Positions 56,620 through 64,000 of a stretch of 64,000 bases of DNA are shown piece after piece. How positions within the stretch are numbered: position 1 is the stretch's first letter; each line of letters opens with the position of its first letter. A program made the translations under genes and the position numbers. The notes below the pieces were generated by a model. That model saw nothing but the letters and a program-made list of their open reading frames with translations. It made no database searches and had not been told where the DNA came from. The stretch spans positions 115,698-179,697 of the forward strand of contig JAZDHH010000007.1 of NCBI GenBank assembly GCA_043806015.1, written 5' to 3'. Source of the DNA: Nanobdellota archaeon (GTDB taxonomy: Archaea; Nanobdellota; Nanobdellia; Woesearchaeales; JAHIVG01).

Positions 56620-56978
56620 AAGGCTTTATCCGGACCTTGGAAGCGTTCATTGCCATAGCTTTCAGCTTCATGGCCTTGGTGTATCTTTTCCCAGCGACCC
56701 AGGAATCCGCCAAAGAAGTCCCCTCCGTGCTGCCCAACCTGCTCCACGACAGCCAATTCCGCGCGTGTGTCATCGCTGACAACAAGACCTGCGTCGAGGG
56801 CATCGTGAGGCCGCTCCTGCCTTCCTCAGAGAGTTTCCTCGTCAACCTCACGACTGACGCTTCGGTGGCTCCGGCAGGGCTACCTGACTCGAGGGTCGAC
56901 ACAGAAACTCTTTTCATCGCGGGCAATGACTCGCTGCTCCAGCCGAGGATTGTCCGCCTCTATCGCTGGGTCAGTTAG
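56613..56978 (+). CDS. Archaeal type IV pilin-like protein
   Basis: N-terminal MVKGFIRTLEAFIAIAFSFMALVYLF resembles a class III signal peptide. Its ATG overlaps the upstream stop codon. Confidence 0.5.
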   Translation: MVKGFIRTLEAFIAIAFSFMALVYLFPATQESAKEVPSVLPNLLHDSQFRACVIADNKTCVEGIVRPLLPSSESFLVNLTTDASVAPAGLPDSRVDTETLFIAGNDSLLQPRIVRLYRWVS

Positions 56979-57183
56979 GGGCCCGCATGAGGAGGGTTCT
57001 GTGGTTAAGCAGCCATCCCGTGCCGCTCGGCAACGGGCGTGCAACCCTGAACCCCGGCACTGCAAGACTGCAGAAGAAGCGTGATCATCGGGACGGAAAA
57101 AAATAAATTTTCCAATTTTTACTTCTTTATAAGAGTAACAATTCTGCACAAAGCATAAATAGTCCCTTGCGCACGCCAAAAGC

Positions 57184-57474
57184 ATGCGCATCATCATCGA
57201 CACCGAACGCGACTCCATGGAGGAGATGGAGGAAGCCATCGCCTACATCCAGGGCAGGCTGCAATCCAGGGGCCAGCCCGTGGTCGTGGCCAATGACACC
57301 CAACCTGCACAAGAGAGCATAGTTGAGCAGAAGCCGGCGGAACAGAAAGCGACGGACCAGAAGGCGGAATTCACAGACATCACCCATGTGGTCGGCAAGG
57401 ACCTCTTCGGCAACGACATCCAGGAGGAGGAAGAGGACCATCCAATAATAGAGATTGTGAAGTACGATTTCTGA
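57184..57474 (+). CDS. Small acidic hypothetical protein
   Basis: 96-aa ORF with a TATA-like ctttataag about 35 nt upstream. Confidence 0.35.
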   Translation: MRIIIDTERDSMEEMEEAIAYIQGRLQSRGQPVVVANDTQPAQESIVEQKPAEQKATDQKAEFTDITHVVGKDLFGNDIQEEEEDHPIIEIVKYDF

Positions 57475-57512
57475 GGAAAGCTTTTTTAAAGTCTGCCCGC
57501 CTCCTCCGAAGC

Positions 57513-57914
57513 ATGAAATACCGCTTCCTTGACCATACCGCTGACATCAAGCTGCAGGCGTTCGGCAAGGACAAGCAGGAGGCTTTCGCCAACGCTGCCC
57601 TGGCGCTCGCGCATCTCATCTGCGAGAAGCCTGTGCGGGCCATCGAGCTCCGAACGGTCGAAGCCACAGGCCATGACGACAAGCAGCTGCTCTACGCCTG
57701 GCTCGAGCAGGTGCTGCTGCTGCAGCAGACCGAAAAGTTCCTGCTGGCCGAGGTCAAGGAGCTTTCCATCGAGGGGAACGCCCTCTCAGCGACCGTCCTC
57801 GGCGACAACGCCTCCAGCTACGCCCTCGACGAGGACGTCAAGGCGATTACCTATCATGACATGGAGATCAAGAAAGAGCAGGAATGGACCGTCCAGGTGG
57901 TGGTTGATATATGA
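57513..57914 (+). CDS. Archease (RtcB activator)
   Basis: N-terminal MKYRFLDHTADIKLQAFG signature. Confidence 0.85.
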   Translation: MKYRFLDHTADIKLQAFGKDKQEAFANAALALAHLICEKPVRAIELRTVEATGHDDKQLLYAWLEQVLLLQQTEKFLLAEVKELSIEGNALSATVLGDNASSYALDEDVKAITYHDMEIKKEQEWTVQVVVDI

Positions 57915-59326
57915 TCAAGCAAATCGCGAAGAACGTCTGGCAGATCCCGCAGGAAGGCAAGATGCTCGTCCCGGCGCGGGTGTTCGCATCGGACATCCTC
58001 ATGGAGAAGATCCAGGCTGACAAGACGCTTGAGCAGGTCAAGAACGTCGCCTGCCTTCCAGGCATCCAGAAATTCTCCCTCGCCATGCCTGACGCCCATC
58101 AGGGCTACGGCTTCTCCATCGGGGGGGTAGCAGCCTTTGACATCGATAAGGGCGTCATCTCGCCCGGGGGCGTCGGTTACGACATCAACTGCTCGGTGCG
58201 CCTGCTCAGGACAAGCTGGGAAGAAGCCGACATTCGGGGAAAGAGCCAGGAGCTTCTTGACGCGCTTTCCAAGGCAGTGCCCGCCGGCGTCGGCAGGGAC
58301 GGCACGCGCAAACTCTCGAGGGACGAGCTTGACGAGGTGCTCTCCACTGGCGCGGAATGGGCTCTCAAGAACGGTTACGGCATCAAGGCGGACCTCGAGC
58401 ATCTCGAGGAGCAGGGCGTGATGAAGGGCAACCCCGCGAAGGTCTCTGACCTCGCGAAGAAGCGCGGCCTGCCGCAGATTGGCACGCTCGGCTCGGGGAA
58501 CCATTTCCTAGAGATCCAAAAAGTTGACAAGATTGTGCTTCCTGATGTGGCGAAAAGGTTCGGCATCACGCATGCCGGCCAGGTCATGGTCATGGTGCAC
58601 TGCGGGAGCCGCGGCCTCGGCCATCAGGTCGCTTCCGATTACATCAAGCTAATGGAGGATCATTACGGCGTCGCCAATCTCCCTGACCGTGAGCTCATCA
58701 ACGCGCCGATCAAGTCCAAGCTCGGTCAGGATTATTACGAGGCCATGTGCGCCGCGGCCAACTTCGGCTTCGCCAACCGCCAGATGATCGTGCATTGGAC
58801 CAGGGAATCCTTCGAGAAGGTCATGGGCTCGAGCGCCGGCATGGAGACCTTGTACGAGGTCTGCCACAACATGGCCAAGATGGAGGACCATTACATCGAC
58901 AACGAGTGGAAGCATGTCTGCGTGCACCGCAAGGGCGCGACCAGGTCTTTCGGCCCTGGCAAGCGTGAGATCCCGGAGGATTACCAAGCGGTCGGCCAGC
59001 CAGTCATCATCCCGGGCAGCATGGGCACCGCGTCCTACGTGCTCGTCGGCACCAAGCAAGCCGAAGAGGTGTCGTTCGCCTCGACAGCGCACGGCGCCGG
59101 CAGGGTCGCGTCACGATCTGAAGCTTTGCGCACCGTCCGCGGCGAGGATGTCAAGCGATCGCTCGCCGAGAAGGGCATCACGGTGAAGGGCTTTTCCATG
59201 AAGGGCCTGGCAGAGGAGGCTCCCCAATTCTACAAGGACATCGACGAGGTCGTCAGGGTCAGCGACGAGCTCGGCATCGGCAAGACAGTGGCGCGCTTAG
59301 TGCCGATCGCGGTGATGAAGGGGTAA
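57911..59326 (+). CDS. rtcB: RtcB RNA-splicing ligase
   Basis: Contains ...MPDAHQGYGFSIGGVAAFD... and GSGNHFLEIQ. Confidence 0.95.
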   Translation: MIKQIAKNVWQIPQEGKMLVPARVFASDILMEKIQADKTLEQVKNVACLPGIQKFSLAMPDAHQGYGFSIGGVAAFDIDKGVISPGGVGYDINCSVRLLRTSWEEADIRGKSQELLDALSKAVPAGVGRDGTRKLSRDELDEVLSTGAEWALKNGYGIKADLEHLEEQGVMKGNPAKVSDLAKKRGLPQIGTLGSGNHFLEIQKVDKIVLPDVAKRFGITHAGQVMVMVHCGSRGLGHQVASDYIKLMEDHYGVANLPDRELINAPIKSKLGQDYYEAMCAAANFGFANRQMIVHWTRESFEKVMGSSAGMETLYEVCHNMAKMEDHYIDNEWKHVCVHRKGATRSFGPGKREIPEDYQAVGQPVIIPGSMGTASYVLVGTKQAEEVSFASTAHGAGRVASRSEALRTVRGEDVKRSLAEKGITVKGFSMKGLAEEAPQFYKDIDEVVRVSDELGIGKTVARLVPIAVMKG

Positions 59327-59328
59327 GC

Positions 59329-59595
59329 TTAGCCGTATATTCGGTCGTGATGGCCGAAGTCGAGGATCTTAACTGTTCTCGCCACTTCGTCAATCTCATA
59401 GGTAAGAACGAAAGACTTCATGATATGGACTCTTCGGATGCCGTGCATGTCGCCGCGAAGGGGCTTGAAGTGGTAGGGGTTGAATACGATCTCTCGCATT
59501 TTTACATGGAGAGCATGGAGGAGAACATGATTCTTTTTCTTAAGCTTTCGAAGAGTATGCTGGATTGATGGAGAAATCTCCAATTGATATTCCAT
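59329..59595 (-). CDS. RelE/ParE-family type II toxin
   Basis: ...KPLRGDMHGIRRVHIMKSFVLTYEIDEVARTVKILDFGHHDRIYG, located in a low-GC islet. Confidence 0.65.
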   Translation of the reverse strand: MEYQLEISPSIQHTLRKLKKKNHVLLHALHVKMREIVFNPYHFKPLRGDMHGIRRVHIMKSFVLTYEIDEVARTVKILDFGHHDRIYG

Positions 59596-59666
59596 AAGAG
59601 GGGTTTGCGATGAGAGAGATTAAATGATTGAATAGGAGAAATCCGGAAATTTTCCATTGATTGACA

Positions 59667-59900
59667 TTATAATTTCGAAAAATACTCTTCGAGGTTATTA
59701 ACCCGGATAAAAGGCCCTTTCCGGATCCTCTCCAGCTTCGCAAGGTATTCTTTCCTGACTTTCGGCTCCTTGTCGACCATGGAGCGTATGAAGAACTCGA
59801 CCTGCTTGCTCATGCTGATGCCGTTCGCCTTGCAGAGCGCAGAGAAGCGGCGATAGACGCTTTCTTCAATGTTGAAGGTTTTCAGGGCCATGGGTCTCAC
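59667..59900 (-). CDS. Ribbon-helix-helix (CopG-like) antitoxin candidate
   Basis: KTFNIEESVYRRFSALCKANGISMSKQVEFFIR fits the RHH pattern (a beta strand followed by two helices). It sits upstream of the toxin on the same strand. Confidence 0.45.
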   Translation of the reverse strand: MRPMALKTFNIEESVYRRFSALCKANGISMSKQVEFFIRSMVDKEPKVRKEYLAKLERIRKGPFIRVNNLEEYFSKL

Positions 59901-60025
59901 TTTATTGAATGTTAAATAAGATTATTTAATACTATTTAAATTTATCGTTTGCAGATGACGACGAATTTCGGGAAGTCCGAAATAATCCATAAGAGAAGCG
60001 GCATTACGAAGAAGAACAAGAGTGA

Positions 60026-60628
60026 TTAAACATCAAAAACCTTCGCCGTCTTCGCAACGTTGATGACCTTGGTCTTGCCGATCATCTCTTCCAGGCCGGC
60101 GGCTTCGTGCACGTGGCTGCAGAGCACGATATCCGGCTTGAAGGTCTCGATGGCCTTGCGCACGGATTCGCTGCCGGGCACGAAGCTCGAGAATTTCTCC
60201 ATCATGCTGCCCGCGGGATGCACGTGCGTCACCATAATCTTCTTCTTGAGGCCCTTCAGCTTGCTGTAGCCTTGCGAAAGCAGCTTCATGATGTAGTCGT
60301 CGGTGATGGGGAACGGCCCGATGTCAGCTCCCCCCGCTCCGAAGAAGCCGATGTCCTTGAACCGGAGCGAGTAGCCGTGCAGGTTGGTGATGCCGTACAC
60401 CTCGGCGAGGAAATCCGCGGTCGCGACAGTCTCGTGGTTGCCCGGGATGATGACGACCTTCTTGCCCTTGGCCAGGAACGGGCCGATTATGCCCTGGGTC
60501 TTCTCCTCGGACTGAGTCAGGTCGCCGGTCAACACCACTAAGTCGACCTTCTCCTTCTCCGCCTTCTCGGCGAGCTTCTTGGCAAGGCTGGTGTCGCCGT
60601 GCAGGTCTCCGGACGCGAGGATCCTCAT
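60026..60628 (-). CDS. Calcineurin-like metallophosphoesterase
   Basis: Contains the GDLHGD, GDL and GNHE motifs. Confidence 0.8.
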   Translation of the reverse strand: MRILASGDLHGDTSLAKKLAEKAEKEKVDLVVLTGDLTQSEEKTQGIIGPFLAKGKKVVIIPGNHETVATADFLAEVYGITNLHGYSLRFKDIGFFGAGGADIGPFPITDDYIMKLLSQGYSKLKGLKKKIMVTHVHPAGSMMEKFSSFVPGSESVRKAIETFKPDIVLCSHVHEAAGLEEMIGKTKVINVAKTAKVFDV

Positions 60629-60734
60629 GAGTGAACGAATGGCTGCTGCCTATAAAAACGTTTCGGGAGCTTTTTCATGCCCCGGGGACAGGGCCTCCTC
60701 AAGATTTAAATACCCGGCCTGCGCAAGGCTGTGC

Positions 60735-61124
60735 ATGGCAATCACCATCAACCCTCTCGCACTCCTCGCCGCCGCGGCCATCATGAACCTCATCGGCTTC
60801 CTGTGGTACTCGCCCTGGCTGTTCGCCAAGCGGTGGGAGAAGCTCGCAGGCGTCAAGATGAAAAGCTCGAAGCGCGCTCATATCGTCAACTTCTGCGCGA
60901 GCCTCATCATGAGCTACGTGCTCGCCTACGGCGTCGCCTACGTGCAGGCAAAGACCTTCACGCAGGGCATGGCCGTCGGCTTCTTCGCCTGGCTCGGCTT
61001 CATCGCCACGACAAGCCTCGGCCTCGTCCTCTGGGAGCGGAAGCCGGTCGCGCTCTACGTCCTCAATAACATGTATTATCTAATATCGCTTATGCTCATG
61101 GCAGGCCTGTTCGCGGTGTGGTGA
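60735..61124 (+). CDS. DUF1761-like small membrane protein
   Basis: Four hydrophobic helices, 129 aa. Confidence 0.45.
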   Translation: MAITINPLALLAAAAIMNLIGFLWYSPWLFAKRWEKLAGVKMKSSKRAHIVNFCASLIMSYVLAYGVAYVQAKTFTQGMAVGFFAWLGFIATTSLGLVLWERKPVALYVLNNMYYLISLMLMAGLFAVW

Positions 61125-61125
61125 G

Positions 61126-62004
61126 ATGCGCGTTGATGAGAAGCTCCTGGAGCGGATCCGCCGGCTCGGGCTGCCCGAAGGCAAGCCCGAGAACAACGAA
61201 TACCTCCTCCTGAAAGTGCAGGGCGACGGCATCAGGGCAGACCCGAAATTCAACGTCAAGGTCTACCGCGGCAAGGAAGGCCTCAAGATCTCCACCAACG
61301 ACGAGCACACCCTCCGCTGCCTGATCGATAACATTCCTATGCGGCCGTCGAAGGTCGCGAGGACGCTGAGCATCGACGACAGCGGCGTCGGCTTCCTGCT
61401 CGGAGGCGTGCTCTGCGGCCTGCACGATTCCCTGACCGACCGCATCTACACCGTCGAGGTGCCTACCCGCTTCTTCCAGAGGGAGTCTCGGCTGAAGCAG
61501 CTCTATCTCGAAGCCTATGCCCGGTCGGCAGTCTCCCTGGTTGAGCACCTGCACCCGGACAAGGCCACGACCCTCATCCGCATCTGCACCGGGCATGTGA
61601 ACACCAAGGCCAAGGACGCGCTCCGGAAGCTTGGCTATTTCGTCGAGGTCGCCGAGATCAAGGGCAAGCTCCAGGACAACCTCGAGGCCATGCACAAGGA
61701 GTATGTCTGGAAGACCTTCGGCTATGACGGCTATGTCGATCCCAAGCACTGCACCAGCAGAGAATTGGCCATCGAGTTCTCGAGGCTCAGGAAATGGGTG
61801 CAGAACCGCGGCTTGCAGCGCTTCTGCAAGGAAGGCTGGGGCCTGGAAAGCGCAAACCATTTAAAGCAGGGAGAGCGGAAAAAGCAGCATGGACCGCTTC
61901 CTCAAGGCAGCGCTCGCGGAGGCCAGGAAAGGCCTGCGCAGCGGCGGCATCCCCATCGGCTCCGTCCTGGTCAGGCAAGGCCGGATTATCGGCCGCGGCC
62001 ATAA
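61126..62004 (+). CDS. Conserved hypothetical protein (the last ~45 aa are probably spurious or frameshifted)
   Basis: The ORF overlaps the start of the deaminase gene by 116 nt, and its tail is low-complexity Pro/Arg/Gln. Confidence 0.4.
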   Translation: MRVDEKLLERIRRLGLPEGKPENNEYLLLKVQGDGIRADPKFNVKVYRGKEGLKISTNDEHTLRCLIDNIPMRPSKVARTLSIDDSGVGFLLGGVLCGLHDSLTDRIYTVEVPTRFFQRESRLKQLYLEAYARSAVSLVEHLHPDKATTLIRICTGHVNTKAKDALRKLGYFVEVAEIKGKLQDNLEAMHKEYVWKTFGYDGYVDPKHCTSRELAIEFSRLRKWVQNRGLQRFCKEGWGLESANHLKQGERKKQHGPLPQGSARGGQERPAQRRHPHRLRPGQARPDYRPRP

Positions 62005-62320
62005 CCTGCGCGTGCAGAAGGGCGACCCCGTCGCTCATGCAGAGATCACCTGCCTCCAAAACGCGGGCCGCATCGGCTCCTACAAGGGCTGCACCCTCTA
62101 CTCGACCCTGATGCCCTGCTACCTTTGCGCCGGTGCCATCGTGCAGTTCGGCATCAGGAAAGTCGTCGCCGGCGAATCAAAAACATTCCTGGGAGCCAAG
62201 GCCTTCATGCGGCAGCATGGCGTCGCTGTGAAGGACGCCAAGAACAAGGAATGCGTCGCGCTCATGCGTGAGTTCATCAAGAGGCAGCCGAAGCTCTGGT
62301 TCGAGGACATCGGGAAATAG
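61889..62320 (+). CDS. Cytidine/deoxycytidylate-deaminase-fold nucleoside/tRNA deaminase
   Basis: Contains the HAE zinc motif and ...PCYLCAGAI.... Confidence 0.8.
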   Translation: MDRFLKAALAEARKGLRSGGIPIGSVLVRQGRIIGRGHNLRVQKGDPVAHAEITCLQNAGRIGSYKGCTLYSTLMPCYLCAGAIVQFGIRKVVAGESKTFLGAKAFMRQHGVAVKDAKNKECVALMREFIKRQPKLWFEDIGK

Positions 62321-62321
62321 G

Positions 62322-62708
62322 TTAAAGCTCTGCCAATTTCTTCTCAAGCGCGACGACATCCACCGACCGGCTTTTGAGAAGCTGAAGCTTTTTTTGGCAG
62401 GACGACGCAAGGCTGGCGAACGAATCCGGAAACACGGCCTTCTCGAAAGAGGCGATCTTGGAAAATTCTTGGATGAGCATTCGGACGTCCTCGAGCGCCC
62501 GGTCGTCGGCGCCGTTCATGAAGTGGCTTGCGAACGCCTTGCCGAGCTCCTTCCATCGCAATAGGACATCAGGCCGGGCCTGCGCGTAGCCGAGCGATGC
62601 CTTCGTCTCCTCTTCTGTAAACCCGAGGCGCTGCGCCGAGGTCAAGAGCGCATCGACCAAGCCGCCGATGTGCTGCTGGCGCAGGAACCCGATCTTCTGG
62701 TCGTCCAT
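62322..62708 (-). CDS. Hypothetical protein
   Basis: 128-aa ORF. Confidence 0.35.
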   Translation of the reverse strand: MDDQKIGFLRQQHIGGLVDALLTSAQRLGFTEEETKASLGYAQARPDVLLRWKELGKAFASHFMNGADDRALEDVRMLIQEFSKIASFEKAVFPDSFASLASSCQKKLQLLKSRSVDVVALEKKLAEL

Positions 62709-62782
62709 GTGCGCAGTGAGGACAGCAGGCTATTTAAGCATTACGGGAAAAATTTAAGAACGTCCCTGGTTATCATAAACGC

Positions 62783-63556
62783 ATGATCCTCACCGTGCTT
62801 GATGATAATCGACAAGGCCCTTGCCCGGCGGAGCACGGCCTCAGCTTTCTCATTCAGGATGACAGCACTATCCTGTTCGACGTGGGACCGTCAGACATCA
62901 TCCTGAAGAACGCCAAGGCGCTCAACATCGACCTGGACAAGGTCGACACCATCGTGCTGAGCCATGGCCACGGCGACCATGGCGACGGCCTCGCGCACCT
63001 GTCAGGCAAGACGCTCATCTGCCATCCCAGCTGCTTCCAGAAACGTTATCGCAAGCGGGACAGCTCCTACATCGGGCTTCCCCTCACCGAGGAGCAGGCG
63101 AGGCGGAAGTTCAAGTTGGTGCTCTCAAAAAAGCCGTACAAGGTCAGCGGCAACATCACATTCCTCGGCGAGATACCCCGGCTGAACGATTTTGAGGCGA
63201 AGGCCACGACCTTTTATGATGATAAACAGCAGGACGATTTCATCCTGGACGATTCCGCGATCGCGATACGCTCGCCGAAGGGCCTCATCATTGTCGCGGG
63301 ATGCTCGCACGCCGGCATCTGCAACATCATCGAGCACGCGAAAAGAGTCACCAACGTGAAAAAGGTTCATGCGGTGATCGGCGGTTTTCACCTCAGGGAG
63401 ATCGATGAGGTCACGCTGAAGACTGTCTCCTTCTTTCAGAAGCAGGTTGTCGAGCGATGCTTTCCGTCCCACTGCACCTCAGATATGGTCATCGAGAGAT
63501 TCGTTGAGGCTTGCGGGGCAGAAAAACTCAGGTCAGGGGACGTCGTGCGTTTCTGA
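62783..63556 (+). CDS. Metallo-beta-lactamase-fold hydrolase
   Basis: HGHGDH motif (HxHxDH). Confidence 0.75.
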   Translation: MILTVLDDNRQGPCPAEHGLSFLIQDDSTILFDVGPSDIILKNAKALNIDLDKVDTIVLSHGHGDHGDGLAHLSGKTLICHPSCFQKRYRKRDSSYIGLPLTEEQARRKFKLVLSKKPYKVSGNITFLGEIPRLNDFEAKATTFYDDKQQDDFILDDSAIAIRSPKGLIIVAGCSHAGICNIIEHAKRVTNVKKVHAVIGGFHLREIDEVTLKTVSFFQKQVVERCFPSHCTSDMVIERFVEACGAEKLRSGDVVRF

Positions 63557-63559
63557 TGC

Positions 63560-64000
63560 TTACCGCTTCCGGATGCTCGGCTTCTGCCCGGTGAGGTTGA
63601 TGATGTCGGAAGCCTTGCCTGGCTTCTCGCCCTCGTAGATCAAGAAGTCCATGCCGTTCCGTATCTTGCTGTCGATGTCCTCCGCGGACGTCATGAAGTT
63701 CCTGCCTGTGACATTGGCGGAAGTGGTGATGATCGGCCTGCCGAGCTCCTCGACGATCTTCTGGGCCGGATGGCTGACCAGCCGCACGCCCAGGGTGCCG
63801 TTGCCCAGGTTGACGGAAGGCGCGATGCATGTTTTGTCCTTGAGCTTGAAGATGAGGGTCATGGGTCCGGGCAGCTTCCGCAGCCAGCCTTCATTGCCTT
63901 TGGTCTCGCAGTGCTGGTGGATCCAGTCCTTGCTGGGCGCGAGCACGGAGAATGGCCTGGTGGTCTGCTCCTTGAGCTTCCTCAGGCGCTGCACAGCCTT
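63560..64000 (-). CDS. L-threonylcarbamoyladenylate synthase (Sua5/YrdC/TsaC family); C-terminal part, the N-terminus runs past the window end
   Basis: Contains ...PIITTSANVTG... (the SAN motif). The reading frame is still open at the 3' edge of the window. Confidence 0.7.
   Translation of the reverse strand, partial: KAVQRLRKLKEQTTRPFSVLAPSKDWIHQHCETKGNEGWLRKLPGPMTLIFKLKDKTCIAPSVNLGNGTLGVRLVSHPAQKIVEELGRPIITTSANVTGRNFMTSAEDIDSKIRNGMDFLIYEGEKPGKASDIINLTGQKPSIRKR

Noticed and set aside
1-64000. Searched for CRISPR arrays, tRNA/rRNA genes and transposase or integrase genes, especially around the inverted-repeat-bounded island.
   Set aside because: I saw no regularly spaced direct repeats, no canonical T-arm or acceptor-stem signatures in intergenic regions, and no ORF with DDE, HUH or tyrosine-recombinase motifs. 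The island is therefore not a classical IS-bounded composite transposon on present evidence.

Overview
This window is a 64-kb archaeal chromosomal segment. Archaeal markers include a Nop5/fibrillarin pair, an archaeal-type UMP kinase, AlaX, SecDF, an archease-RtcB pair and a hydBGDA-type group 3b [NiFe] hydrogenase. Most of it is about 60-63% GC and densely coding, with many 4-nt overlapping gene junctions. Several islets have much lower GC (about 45-50%). The core carries housekeeping genes: an M29 aminopeptidase, nop5-flpA, cysS, pepQ-like, alaX, uppS, an ABC1 kinase, Nudix, pyrH, secDF, pyrG, archease-rtcB and a Sua5/YrdC fragment. It also carries a PadR-regulated MacB/FtsX-type ABC export operon. 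A hydrogenase neighbourhood holds a K+ channel, hypA-hypC, an EamA transporter, a maturation protease, CbiM/NikM and hydBGDA. The most unusual part is a roughly 13-kb lower-GC island (about 41.8-54.9 kb) encoding only signal-peptide proteins. These are an M14-carboxypeptidase-like/Ig-like protein, a 1230-aa mosaic protein with BNR repeats, and three tandem paralogs built from a 'TW(G/N)NRP...YKFDLS' module (recalled as DNRLRE/CBM96-like) plus a CARDB domain. The island is bounded by a roughly 95-bp inverted repeat that sits in the upstream leader of the inward-facing gene at each end. Other items worth a second look are two GC-rich intergenic elements with long terminal helices (candidate structured RNAs or MITE-like relics), a short Nop5 paired with an N-terminally extended fibrillarin, a pilin-like gene pair with class III signal peptides and a RelE/RHH toxin-antitoxin islet. 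No tRNA, rRNA, CRISPR array or transposase was recognised. All calls come from reading the sequence and the ORF track, without database searches.
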